64,000 nucleotides of DNA from an uncultured Pseudomonadota bacterium. Lineage in GTDB: Bacteria; Pseudomonadota; Gammaproteobacteria; Natronospirales; REEB76. The notes under the pieces were generated by a model. The model was not told where the DNA came from and searched no databases. It saw only the letters and a list, made by a program, of their open reading frames with translations. The stretch spans positions 386,091-450,090 of the forward strand of contig CAVZGN010000002.1 in NCBI GenBank assembly GCA_963774895.1, given 5' to 3'. Of the stretch, positions 17,790-28,075 are shown piece by piece (the first letter of the stretch is position 1; every line of letters starts with the position of its first letter). Both the position numbers and the translations under genes were made by a program.

Positions 17790-20412
17790 TCTCCAGACTT
17801 TCTGCCTCGAGCACCGACTGTGCCAGCTCATCCATGTCCTCAGCGCGATCGATGATGCTGGCTGGCAGAAACGGCATTGCTGACAGCAATGCCAGCACCA
17901 ATGATGCGCAGTAGGGGATCGACTGGATCAGCAACACCGTCACCCAGAGCATAAGGTCGCGCATGCCGGTACCCACCTGGGTAAATACTGCCAAGGCACT
18001 CAGCCACAGTGCCAGCATGATCAAGGTTTCCTCGCGGCTCGCGGCCATAGCATGCAGTAACCTATGGCTGCGCACCTGCTTGGGTGTCCGGAAAAATGCG
18101 TAGCCGCGGGTCAGGAATCCGCTGAGCGTCGCCAGTCCGATGGTGTGGGTGAGCGCCAGTCCGGCCAACGCCGCTGCCAGTGTCTGGCGGATGTTGGCGC
18201 CCACCCGGATGCGGTACAGGTATACCAGCTTGGCGATCTTGAACGTGAATAACGTCAGCGGTAACGCCGACACCACCAGCATGGGTGGATCGATGTTGTG
18301 GGGGAAATTGATCATGGCCAGCGACCGCAGCAAGGCGCTCAGGTTGAACAGCAGATTGAGCCCATCCGCCAGCCACGGCAGCCAGCCCGCCAGGAAGTGA
18401 TAGCGTTGGCCCGGTGTGAGTGGGCCGCCACGTCCCACCAGGATACCGGCGTGCTGACGCAGGATCTGCATGGCGCCGTAGGCCCAGCGAAAGCGTTGTT
18501 GCTTGTAATCCAGGAAGGTATCCGGCATCAGCCCACGGCCGTAACTGCGTGGCAGGTAGGCTGCTTCAAGGCCGGCCGCGAACACCCGCAAGCCCAATTC
18601 CGCATCCTCGGTGATGCACCATTCAGCCCAGCCATGCAGATCGTCCAGCACCGCCTTGCGGATCATGGTCATGGTACCGTGCTGGATGATTGCGTTGCGT
18701 TCGTTACGAGTGATCATGCCGATGTAGAAGAAGCCCCGGTACTCGGCATAACATATGGCTTTGAAAGCGTTTATATCGGCGTCACGATAATCCTGCGGCG
18801 CCTGCACTACGGCGATCTTACCGTCGGCAAACAACGGCAGCAGATCTTTGAGCCAATGGCGATCCACCTGGTAATCGCTGTCGATGATAGCGATTACCTC
18901 GGCATGCGGGGATGTGTGTCGCGATGCAAAATTGAGCGCACCCGCCTTGAAGCCGGAGAGCGGTGCTACGTGGAAGAAACGGAAATGCCCGCCGAGTTTT
19001 TTGCAATAGGTTTGTACTGGTCGCCATACGGCTTCATCTTGAGTGTTGTTGTCGATCACCAGTACTTCGAAGCGTGGGTAATCCAATGCCGCCAAGGTAT
19101 CTAGGGTTTTATTCAGCATCTCCGGCGGTTCGTTATAGGCCGGCACATGAATTGATACAAACGGCAGCGCATCGTCGGCGACGCGTATGGGTTCGAACAG
19201 GCGCCGGCGCATGGTGATCCAGTGGGCTTCGGCCCACTCATGGGCCTCGGCGAGCAGCACCAGGATGACGCCCAGCATGCCTATGAACAGCAATAATCCC
19301 ACGGCTACACTGGCGGTGGTCAGGTACTGGCGCGTGTAGTCATAGATCACCCACACGATGGCGGTGGTCACCGTATATACGATGACCGCCAGGAAACTGC
19401 GGCCACGTTTCTTAAGAGTGCGACTGTCCCAATATAAAAGCGTTAACAACAACGCCGCGAAGATCACCGAGACGGCTGCCAGCATCTGCCAGTGCGGGAT
19501 GCTGACAATGGGTTGGGTGAAGGTGAATTTCGGCTGACGGTAAACGTTATACACACCCCAATAGGCGCCGACTGCGCCTTCGGTCTGTTGTTTCCAGGGC
19601 TGGTCGAAGGCTTCCATGACGTAGTAGGTCCAATGCTGCGCCGCGGCGTAGGCCAGGAAACGCCGCAGGAAGGTCGCTTCATTCGACACCGAAGCCACGG
19701 CTGCGTGGCGCGCACGCCCGTCGCTGGGCCAACCGACCTCCGCGATTACGATGGGTTTGCCCGGGAAGGTCTTCTCCAGATCACGCATGCGCGCGGCGAT
19801 GTAGGGTACAGCTTGGTCCATGCCCACGCCCTCCCAGTAGGGCAGCATGTGCACTGCGATAAAATCTACGTGCGCCACAAGTTCCGGATGCTGGATCCAG
19901 GTGTACCAGGGTTCGGCGGTGCTCACTGGCTGGTCGATTTCCTCGCGTGCTTCATCCAGGTAGGGGATCAGCTCCTCGCTGGAGACGTCGCCGCGCAGCA
20001 CTGCCTCGTTGCCGATAATGACGCGCACTACATTGGGGCTGGATTTGGCGATGGCGATGGCGCGGGCCACGTAGGCCGCATCCAGCTTCTGATCCTTGTC
20101 GATCCATACGCCCAGGGCCACGTTGAGGTGGCACTTGCGTGCCAAAGCCGGGATGTGCTCGAACGTGCCTTCCACGGAGTAGGTGCGCACCGCATAGGTT
20201 TTTCCGGCGAGCAGTTTTAGATCAGCGGCGATCTCCGCATCCGTGGGCAGTTTGTGCAAGACCGCATCCTGGTCGATGCGGAACGGTGAAAACGCGAAGC
20301 CCTGGATGGTCGGCGGCCAGGCCGGCTCATGCTCCGGTTGGTTGAACCAGGCCCAGACGCTCACGGTGAGTGCGGCAGCCGCGATAGCGATGATGAAGCT
20401 GGATCTTCCCAC
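17779..20412 (-). CDS. Bifunctional GH17 glucanase/transglycosylase + processive GT2 beta-glucan synthase (NdvB-like)
   Basis: N-terminal TM segment, then a GH17 domain with IIGNEAV and AEVGWPS catalytic-Glu motifs. TM helices follow, then a GT2 domain with DSD, TED and QRFRW (QxxRW) motifs. GTG start lies 6 bp after the aroE stop. Confidence 0.85.
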   Translation of the reverse strand: MGRSSFIIAIAAAALTVSVWAWFNQPEHEPAWPPTIQGFAFSPFRIDQDAVLHKLPTDAEIAADLKLLAGKTYAVRTYSVEGTFEHIPALARKCHLNVALGVWIDKDQKLDAAYVARAIAIAKSSPNVVRVIIGNEAVLRGDVSSEELIPYLDEAREEIDQPVSTAEPWYTWIQHPELVAHVDFIAVHMLPYWEGVGMDQAVPYIAARMRDLEKTFPGKPIVIAEVGWPSDGRARHAAVASVSNEATFLRRFLAYAAAQHWTYYVMEAFDQPWKQQTEGAVGAYWGVYNVYRQPKFTFTQPIVSIPHWQMLAAVSVIFAALLLTLLYWDSRTLKKRGRSFLAVIVYTVTTAIVWVIYDYTRQYLTTASVAVGLLLFIGMLGVILVLLAEAHEWAEAHWITMRRRLFEPIRVADDALPFVSIHVPAYNEPPEMLNKTLDTLAALDYPRFEVLVIDNNTQDEAVWRPVQTYCKKLGGHFRFFHVAPLSGFKAGALNFASRHTSPHAEVIAIIDSDYQVDRHWLKDLLPLFADGKIAVVQAPQDYRDADINAFKAICYAEYRGFFYIGMITRNERNAIIQHGTMTMIRKAVLDDLHGWAEWCITEDAELGLRVFAAGLEAAYLPRSYGRGLMPDTFLDYKQQRFRWAYGAMQILRQHAGILVGRGGPLTPGQRYHFLAGWLPWLADGLNLLFNLSALLRSLAMINFPHNIDPPMLVVSALPLTLFTFKIAKLVYLYRIRVGANIRQTLAAALAGLALTHTIGLATLSGFLTRGYAFFRTPKQVRSHRLLHAMAASREETLIMLALWLSALAVFTQVGTGMRDLMLWVTVLLIQSIPYCASLVLALLSAMPFLPASIIDRAEDMDELAQSVLEAESLEIRN

Positions 20413-20418
20413 TCGCAG

Positions 20419-21240
20419 CTAAGGTATGTGGATGGCGAGCAGAGTCGCCGTCGGCGGGCGCACACCACGCCACACGTAGAATGATTCCGCGGCTTGTTCT
20501 ACCAGCATCCCCCAGCCATCCAGCACCAGCGTTGCGCCTTCCTGCACGGCCCAATGCATGAACACGGTGGGGCGGTCGCTGTAGGCCAGGTCATAGCATA
20601 CGGCGCCAGGATTCAGGCAGTCGTGCGGCAAGCGCGGCAGTTCGCCGCTGAGGCTGGCGGCGGTGGCATTGATGACTACATCGAAGCTTTGCCGTCGCAG
20701 GCTCTCGAAGCCGCTGCCGGTGACGTGGCCGGTAGTGTGTTCATTTGCAAGTTTGATGGCGCGAGCTGGCGTACGGTTGGCGATGTGCACCCATGCCGGT
20801 TTCTCGGCCAACAATGCCGGCAGCACACCACGTGCCGCGCCGCCTGCGCCCAATAACAGGATGCGTGCGTTTTTCAGCACTATTTGATGGTTGCCTTTGA
20901 GGTCATTCACCAGACCGACGCCATCGGTGTTATCCCCCAGGAGCTTGCCGTCGTCACGCACCGAGAGTGTATTGATGGCGCGCGTTTTCTTGGACCTGGG
21001 TGTGTGCACGTGGCAGACAGCGAAGGCTTCCTCCTTGAATGGCAGGGTGACATTCACTCCCAGGCCGCCGGCATCCAGGAATGCCCGCAGCGCGGCCGTG
21101 AAGCCATGCGGGCCCGCATCGATGCGCGTGTACTGGATCGACTGGCCGGTGAGACGGGCGAATTCCGTGTGGATCTCCGGTGAACGGCTGTGGGCTACCG
21201 GATGACCGATGATGGTGTAACGTGCGGCAGCTTGTGGCAT
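20419..21240 (-). CDS. aroE: Shikimate dehydrogenase
   Basis: 273 aa. N-terminal IIGHPVAHSRSPEIH motif and NAD(P) loop LLGAGGAARG. Confidence 0.9.
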   Translation of the reverse strand: MPQAAARYTIIGHPVAHSRSPEIHTEFARLTGQSIQYTRIDAGPHGFTAALRAFLDAGGLGVNVTLPFKEEAFAVCHVHTPRSKKTRAINTLSVRDDGKLLGDNTDGVGLVNDLKGNHQIVLKNARILLLGAGGAARGVLPALLAEKPAWVHIANRTPARAIKLANEHTTGHVTGSGFESLRRQSFDVVINATAASLSGELPRLPHDCLNPGAVCYDLAYSDRPTVFMHWAVQEGATLVLDGWGMLVEQAAESFYVWRGVRPPTATLLAIHIP

Positions 21241-21321
21241 CGAAGTTCCCTGAGCAATTTAAGCGACAGTCGAACGACCTGCTGGTTTCTGTGTTGATTT
21301 AAGCCTGCGTTTTCTACTTGC

Positions 21322-22440
<1,119 letters not shown>

Positions 22441-22518
22441 TTATACTGGTACCCTCCGCCGCTGCCCGCAGGACTGGCGGGAAGGTAATAAAACCCCTGT
22501 AACCCGGGTCTCTGCTAC

Positions 22519-23031
22519 ATGCCGGTACGTCAGCACCGTTTCGAGATCCTGGCCCGCGCCCTGGTGCCGAGTCTGTACCGCTATGCCTACTGGCTGGCGC
22601 GCGAGCAGGCTCTGGCCGAGGATCTGGTGCAAGAAACCCTGCTGCGTGCGTGGCGCTCGCTCCACCAGCTCCGGGATGAGGCGGCCACACGCCAGTGGCT
22701 GATCACGATCTTGCGGCGCGAGTTCGCCCGCGAACTGTCCAAACGCAGGGATACGGTGGACATTGACGTGCTGGCCTTGGCCGACAGTCACGCCAGCCTG
22801 GGTGGCGAGGATACCGACATGCACGATGTGCGCCGCGCCATGCAGAAACTGTCGCCGGAATATCGCGAGCCACTGGTGCTGCAGGTGCTCATGGGCTGTA
22901 CCACCGAGGAGATCGCCGAACAACTCGAGCTCAGCCAGGCGGCAGTATTGACGCGCCTGTTCCGTGCGCGCAATCAATTGCGCGAGCTGCTGAGTGACAG
23001 CGCCGGGCGCTTGGGAGAAGAATTCGCATGA
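22519..23031 (+). CDS. ECF-type RNA polymerase sigma-70 family factor
   Basis: 170 aa. Region 2 (DLVQETLLRAWR) and region 4 HTH (EIAEQLELSQAAVLTRLFRARNQL) are present. Confidence 0.9.
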   Translation: MPVRQHRFEILARALVPSLYRYAYWLAREQALAEDLVQETLLRAWRSLHQLRDEAATRQWLITILRREFARELSKRRDTVDIDVLALADSHASLGGEDTDMHDVRRAMQKLSPEYREPLVLQVLMGCTTEEIAEQLELSQAAVLTRLFRARNQLRELLSDSAGRLGEEFA

Positions 23032-23750
23032 ACACCAACATCAACTGCCTGGAAGTGCGCCGCATCCTGGGTGCTGAACCCCAGCGCCGTGACCCGGCGC
23101 TAATGCAACATTGCAAAATCTGCGCCGCTTGCGCTGCCTTTATGAAGGACATGCTCGGCCTGGATGCACGTCTGTCGCGTGCGCTCACGGTGGAAGTGCC
23201 TGAAGGGCTGGAAGCGCGCATCGTGTTCCGCACCGCTTTCCGGCCCAGACACTTGCATACCTACCGGTGGCTGGCCGCAGCCGCCACAGTATTACTGGCT
23301 GTGGGTATCGGCTTTGATGCGTGGCAATACCAGCAAAATTCCATGGCGACCTTGAGTACCGCCTTGGTGGCCCATGTGACGGATCCAGCCGAGGCTCAAG
23401 CGCTGGATCCCGGCCGTCCAGTTTTGCAGGACGCGGGTTACGTGCATGGCGTGCTCAAGCACGTGGGTGTGCACATGCAGGGCAGCATGGATGACATCAC
23501 CTATGCGCACGCCTGCCTGTTCCGTGGCGAACTGGTGGCACATCTGGTGGTGCGCGGCAAGGACGGCCCGGTGACCGTGTTGCTGCTGCCGCACATCCAT
23601 GTGAGCAAACCCACGCACTTCGACGAGCAGGGTTACCGCGGGGAGATCGTACCCGCCGGTGCGGGCAGCATCGCAATCCTCGCCAATAACCCCAGCCCCA
23701 TGCAACCCATCGAACAGCAATTCGTCAGCATGGTGCAGTGGGGCATCTGA
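23028..23750 (+). CDS. Anti-sigma factor-like membrane protein (DUF3379-type)
   Basis: Overlaps the sigma gene by 4 nt (ATGA). The N-terminus has a Cys/His cluster (HCKICAACAAF), followed by one TM segment (WLAAAATVLLAVGIGF). Confidence 0.7.
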   Translation: MNTNINCLEVRRILGAEPQRRDPALMQHCKICAACAAFMKDMLGLDARLSRALTVEVPEGLEARIVFRTAFRPRHLHTYRWLAAAATVLLAVGIGFDAWQYQQNSMATLSTALVAHVTDPAEAQALDPGRPVLQDAGYVHGVLKHVGVHMQGSMDDITYAHACLFRGELVAHLVVRGKDGPVTVLLLPHIHVSKPTHFDEQGYRGEIVPAGAGSIAILANNPSPMQPIEQQFVSMVQWGI

Positions 23751-23841
23751 GCATCTGTATTTGTGGACACGATGATCGTGGCCACGCTTCCATATCCCTG
23801 TCCATCTATACTGTAGTCCCTCATACTTTTTGGATTTCCAT

Positions 23842-24330
23842 ATGAAACTCATCGACCGCGCACTGTTGGCCAATCTGCATGCGCGGGCGCTGGCTTCCTC
23901 GCGGCTGCGTACCCACCATAATCTGCATGCGTCTCATGACGAGACCATCCAGCGCCTGTGCATGGCCATGGAGCCCGGTACCTATATACGTCCGCACCGC
24001 CACCCGGACAAATGGGAACTGCTGCTGATCATCAGCGGCGAGATGCAGGTGTTGAACTTCGATGCTTCCGGCAAAGTGCTGACGCGTACGCGTCTGGCTG
24101 CCAGCGGCGAAACTTATGGTGTGGAGAATCCCGCCGGTAGCTGGCATGCAGTGGCCACACTGGCGCCATCCACGGTGGTGCTGGAAGTGAAGCACGGCCC
24201 ATACCTGCCCACCGGTGAACAGGATTACGCACACTGGGCACCGCCCGAAGGACATGCACGTGCTGCCGAATTCGAGCGTTGGTATAGAGATGCGCAAGTT
24301 GGCGACCAGGTGCCCGCATTCACTGCATGA
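23842..24330 (+). CDS. WbuC-family cupin-fold protein
   Basis: Cupin core YIRPHRHPDKWELLLIISGEMQVLNFD...GSWHAV. The start is uncertain (ATG 23842 versus TTG 23830). Confidence 0.65.
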   Translation: MKLIDRALLANLHARALASSRLRTHHNLHASHDETIQRLCMAMEPGTYIRPHRHPDKWELLLIISGEMQVLNFDASGKVLTRTRLAASGETYGVENPAGSWHAVATLAPSTVVLEVKHGPYLPTGEQDYAHWAPPEGHARAAEFERWYRDAQVGDQVPAFTA

Positions 24331-24914
24331 CGCGTAGCGGCAAAACCGTCAGACGTTGCGCCTGGGCGCCGCTAGACAGTGATCCGCTGTATCGCGACTA
24401 CCATGACCGTGAATGGGGCGTACCGGTACACGATGAGCGTTGCTGGTTGGAATTTCTCATCCTAGAGGGCGCACAGGCTGGTTTATCCTGGTCTACCATC
24501 CTGCACAAGCGCGAGAATTACCGCAAAGCTTTCGCAGGATTCGAACCAAAGAAAGTCGCACGTTTCTCGGCACGCGATGTAAAGCGGTTATTGAAAGATG
24601 CCGGCATCGTGCGCAACCGGCTGAAGATCAATGCGGCGATTATCAACGCACGGGCGTTCTTGGTTGTGCAAAAAGAATTTGGCAGTTTCGACGCTTATAT
24701 CTGGGAATTTGTCGGCGGCAAAACGATCCACAATAAGCGACGCAGTATGCGTGATGTGCCGGCACGCACCACGATTTCTGACGCCATGAGCGAGGATCTC
24801 AAACGGCGCGGCTTCAAATTTGTCGGCAGCACCATCTGTTACGCATTTATGCAGGCCACCGGACTGGTCAATGACCATGTAGTCGGCTGTTTCCGCCATC
24901 GCGACCGCCGCTGA
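24327..24914 (+). CDS. tag: DNA-3-methyladenine glycosylase I
   Basis: DPLYRDYHDREWGVP...LILEGAQAGLSWSTILHKRENYRKAF closely matches the E. coli Tag signature region. Overlaps the cupin gene by 4 nt. Confidence 0.9.
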   Translation: MTRSGKTVRRCAWAPLDSDPLYRDYHDREWGVPVHDERCWLEFLILEGAQAGLSWSTILHKRENYRKAFAGFEPKKVARFSARDVKRLLKDAGIVRNRLKINAAIINARAFLVVQKEFGSFDAYIWEFVGGKTIHNKRRSMRDVPARTTISDAMSEDLKRRGFKFVGSTICYAFMQATGLVNDHVVGCFRHRDRR

Positions 24915-24990
24915 AGCGTAGATGCTGCAGTTTGCCGTTGTATAATCTGCGCCTGTTCAAATAAATAACCGATCGGAACACACGCCACCC

Positions 24991-25827
24991 ATGTCTGCGT
25001 CCCTGATGGTGATGGTTATCCTTTTCGGTGGTGTGTCAGCGGGGCTGGTCGGTTCGCTTACCGGACTTGGCGGTGGCCTGATTATCGTGCCGTTGCTGAC
25101 GCTGGCGTTTCATCTGCCCATTCCCGAGGCCGTCGGTATCAGCCTGTTCGGGGTCATAGCCACCTCCACCGGCGCCGCCCCGCGTTTCGTGGGCACCGGC
25201 CTGAGCAATGTACGTGCCGCGCTGTTTTTGCAGATTGCGGCCTCCAGCGGCGCATTGGTCGGCGCCCTAGCGGCGCATCATCTGCCAGCGCGTCTGTTAT
25301 TCGCGCTGTTCGGCATCGTGCTGGGTTATTCCGCGCTCATGTCTTTCATGCCCAAGCACAGTGACGTGGCGGGCGCGCCGGAGAGTTCACCGCTGGCGCA
25401 GCGCCTGCGTCTCGCCAGCCGTTATCAGCAAGCCGGCCATTGGGTGGAATATCAGGTGGTCGGCGTCATACCGGGCTTCGGGGTCATGATCGGAGCCGGC
25501 TTCCTATCGGCGTTGCTGGGCATCGGCTCCGGGGCTTTCAAGGTACTGGCCATGGACCGCATCATGAAACTGCCATTCCGGGTTTCCACCGCCACCTCGA
25601 ATTTCATGATCGGCATCACCGCCGCCACCAGTGCCGGCTTCTATCTATCCCATGGGGATATCCCGCCGGTGATTGGCGGCGCCATCATTCTCGGCGTCAT
25701 TGCCGGCGCTTATGTTGGCGGACATATGGTGCGGATGTTGCCGGTTGCTACCCTGCGCAAACTGTTCGCCGTGGTGCTGCTGTTGGTGGCTGTGCAGATG
25801 CTGCTGAAAGGGCTGGTAAATCTATGA
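24991..25827 (+). CDS. TauE/SafE (DUF81) family anion exporter membrane protein
   Basis: 278 aa, Gly-rich with about 8 TM segments (LTGLGGGLIIVPLL). Typical DUF81 architecture. Confidence 0.85.
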   Translation: MSASLMVMVILFGGVSAGLVGSLTGLGGGLIIVPLLTLAFHLPIPEAVGISLFGVIATSTGAAPRFVGTGLSNVRAALFLQIAASSGALVGALAAHHLPARLLFALFGIVLGYSALMSFMPKHSDVAGAPESSPLAQRLRLASRYQQAGHWVEYQVVGVIPGFGVMIGAGFLSALLGIGSGAFKVLAMDRIMKLPFRVSTATSNFMIGITAATSAGFYLSHGDIPPVIGGAIILGVIAGAYVGGHMVRMLPVATLRKLFAVVLLLVAVQMLLKGLVNL

Positions 25828-26192
25828 ACGAAATCGTGCGTGAGCGCCGTTTGCTGAATATCTGGATATTGCGCGTCAGCATCGCGCTGTGTGCGCTGCT
25901 CATCGCTACCGGACTTGCGATTTTCTTCGTGCACGGCAGCTCACATATCCCGGCGACGCCCAGCGGCTCGCTGCGCGCGATGATCCAGGCTTCGATTCAA
26001 GGAAGCATCGGGCTGCACGCCAGCGCGTTTCTGGATACCGCCATCATCGTGCTGCTGCTCACGCCCGTCGCACGGCTAGTGGCCGGCATTTACGTGAGCG
26101 CGCGGGTGCGCGATTGGCTGTATGTTGGAATCGGTGTGCTGGTGTTGGTGCTGGTGATCGTCGGCGTGATCGCGGGCCAGAGCGGCGTATGA
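25824..26192 (+). CDS. DUF1634-like small membrane protein
   Basis: The ATG at 25824 overlaps the TauE stop (ATGA). 122 aa with 3-4 TM segments. A DUF81-DUF1634 pairing is a common arrangement. The longer ORF 25440..26192 is an out-of-frame overlap with TauE. Confidence 0.65.
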   Translation: MNEIVRERRLLNIWILRVSIALCALLIATGLAIFFVHGSSHIPATPSGSLRAMIQASIQGSIGLHASAFLDTAIIVLLLTPVARLVAGIYVSARVRDWLYVGIGVLVLVLVIVGVIAGQSGV

Positions 26193-26242
26193 TATTTACG
26201 TTTTGAGTCTGCAGTGATCTGCCGAGTTACCTATCGACCCTC

Positions 26243-26536
26243 TCAAAATTTATTAAAAATCTGTGAAGCATTCCAGAAGGACTTGAATTCCAGCGCATTG
26301 ACGCTCGGATCTTGGAAGAACATAGTCGCCTGTCCACCCACTTGACCCTTGAAACGGATGCCGGGCTCGATGACGAACTTCACGTTGGCTTTCTTTAGCT
26401 TATCAGCAAGCGCCCGCCACTGATCCCTTTCCAAGATCACGCCAAAGTGACGCACCAGTACGTCCTCGCCATCTACACGATTGGTTGCGATGGTGTGTTC
26501 TGGCGGCGCCAGATGCGCGACGATCTCCGTCGCCAT
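26243..26536 (-). CDS. VOC (glyoxalase/bleomycin-resistance fold) family protein, apparently N-terminally short
   Basis: 97 aa. The C-terminal half (HFGVILERDQWRALADKLKKANVKFVIEPGIRFKGQVGGQATMFFQDPSVNALEFKSF) looks like a VOC beta-alpha-beta-beta-beta module. An in-frame TAA lies 2 codons upstream of the ATG. Confidence 0.5.
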   Translation of the reverse strand: MATEIVAHLAPPEHTIATNRVDGEDVLVRHFGVILERDQWRALADKLKKANVKFVIEPGIRFKGQVGGQATMFFQDPSVNALEFKSFWNASQIFNKF

Positions 26537-26593
26537 GATTTAGATCGCGGCGCGGACCAGTGGTCCGCCGGCTACTTCCACCTAGTGCCACTT

Positions 26594-27502
26594 TTAAACC
26601 CAATCCCTGGGTTTGAGATATTTCTCATAGAGTTCCGCTTCCGGTGAATTCTTGGTCGGTTTGTAATCATATTCCCAGCGCACTTCCGGCGGCAGTGACA
26701 TGAGGATGGATTCGGTACGCCCGCCGGACTGCAGGCCGAACAGCGTGCCGCGGTCGTACACCAGGTTGAACTCCACGTAGCGGCCGCGCCGGTAGAGCTG
26801 GAATTGCCGTTCCCGCTCACCGTAGCGCATGTTGCGACGCTTCTCCACGATGGGCGTGTAGGCCTCAAGGAAATGATCACCCACGCTTTGTTGGAAGGCG
26901 AAGCAGCGTTCGAAGTCCCACTCGTTCAAATCATCGAAGAACAGGCCACCGATACCGCGGGCTTCGTTGCGATGGCGGATGAAGAAATACTGGTCGCACC
27001 ATTGTTTGAAGCGTGGATAGATATCCGTGCCGAAGGGCTCACAGGCGGCTTTGGCAGTGCGGTGCCAGTGGCGCGCGTCGTCCTCGAAACCGTAATAGGG
27101 TGTGAGATCGAAACCGCCGCCGAACCACCAGATCGTCTTGTCACCTTGTTTAGGTGCGGCAAAAAAACGCACGTTCATGTGGGTAGTGGGTACGTAGGGA
27201 TTCCAGGGATGCAGCACCAGCGACACGCCAAGAGCCCGCCAGCTGCGTCCCGCCAGTTCCGGCCGGTGGGCAGTGGCGGAAGGCGGCAGGCTGTTGCCGT
27301 GCACCTGGGAGAAGTTTATGCCCGCTTGCTCGAACAGCCCACCCTGACGCAGCACGCGGGTATCGCCGCCACCGCCCTCGGAACGTGTCCATGTGTCGCG
27401 CTGGAACCGCTGTTTTGCGTCGAGCTTTTCAAGTGCCGCAGTTAGCTTGTCCTGCAACGCATGCATATAAGCTTCGACGCTTGTGATATCGATATCGCGC
27501 AT
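26594..27502 (-). CDS. hemF: Oxygen-dependent coproporphyrinogen III oxidase
   Basis: 302 aa. [20 protein letters not shown] and TTHMNVRFF motifs are typical of HemF. Confidence 0.95.
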   Translation of the reverse strand: MRDIDITSVEAYMHALQDKLTAALEKLDAKQRFQRDTWTRSEGGGGDTRVLRQGGLFEQAGINFSQVHGNSLPPSATAHRPELAGRSWRALGVSLVLHPWNPYVPTTHMNVRFFAAPKQGDKTIWWFGGGFDLTPYYGFEDDARHWHRTAKAACEPFGTDIYPRFKQWCDQYFFIRHRNEARGIGGLFFDDLNEWDFERCFAFQQSVGDHFLEAYTPIVEKRRNMRYGERERQFQLYRRGRYVEFNLVYDRGTLFGLQSGGRTESILMSLPPEVRWEYDYKPTKNSPEAELYEKYLKPRDWV

Positions 27503-27505
27503 GTG

Positions 27506-28066
27506 TTAACTGGCCCGCAAAAGTCTACCGCTCAGGGCATCGCGGATTTCCGTGGGCTTGCGTTGGGCACCGACCTTGCCGGGCATGATGTAATCCAATT
27601 TGTCTTGCAGCAGTCGCCGTACCGCTAGGGAAGAACGTATTGGCGGGTGGCTGCTTAAGTTGGCGCTGGTGGAAGTCAATGCAAAACCGGTCGCAGCACA
27701 CAAAGCGCGTGCCACCGGATGGGCGGTGACACGTACAGCCAAAGTCGTGCGTCCGCCGGTGAGCCAGTCGGGGACGCCCTGGGCGGCAGGCACCACCCAG
27801 GTAATGGGTCCAGGCCATGTCTTTAGCAGTTGATCACGCACCTTGTCGGACACTTCAATGTACGGCTCAAGTTGGACGATGTCGGCGGCAATCAGGATGA
27901 AACCCTTGCCAGGGTCGCGCTGTTTAATGGCCAGCAGTTTGGCTACTGCGGCCGCGCTCAACGGATCACACCCCAGGCCGAAGACGGCTTCAGTGGGATA
28001 AGCGATGACGCCGCCGCTGCATATCGCTTTGCGGGCAGCTCGCATCGGCCAGCGAAACGCGCACAT
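27506..28066 (-). CDS. tsaC: L-threonylcarbamoyladenylate synthase type 1 (YrdC/TsaC)
   Basis: VIAYPTEAVFGLGCDP...WPGPITWV...TSANLS align with E. coli TsaC. The start is ambiguous (28066 or 28045). Confidence 0.85.
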   Translation of the reverse strand: MCAFRWPMRAARKAICSGGVIAYPTEAVFGLGCDPLSAAAVAKLLAIKQRDPGKGFILIAADIVQLEPYIEVSDKVRDQLLKTWPGPITWVVPAAQGVPDWLTGGRTTLAVRVTAHPVARALCAATGFALTSTSANLSSHPPIRSSLAVRRLLQDKLDYIMPGKVGAQRKPTEIRDALSGRLLRAS

Positions 28067-28075
28067 GAACGTGGC

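Noticed and set aside
25440-26192. A 250-aa ORF overlapping the 3' third of the TauE gene.
   Set aside because: Only the last 122 codons (from the ATG at 25824) look like a real membrane protein. The upstream part is an out-of-frame read of TauE with an Arg/His-rich nonsense composition.
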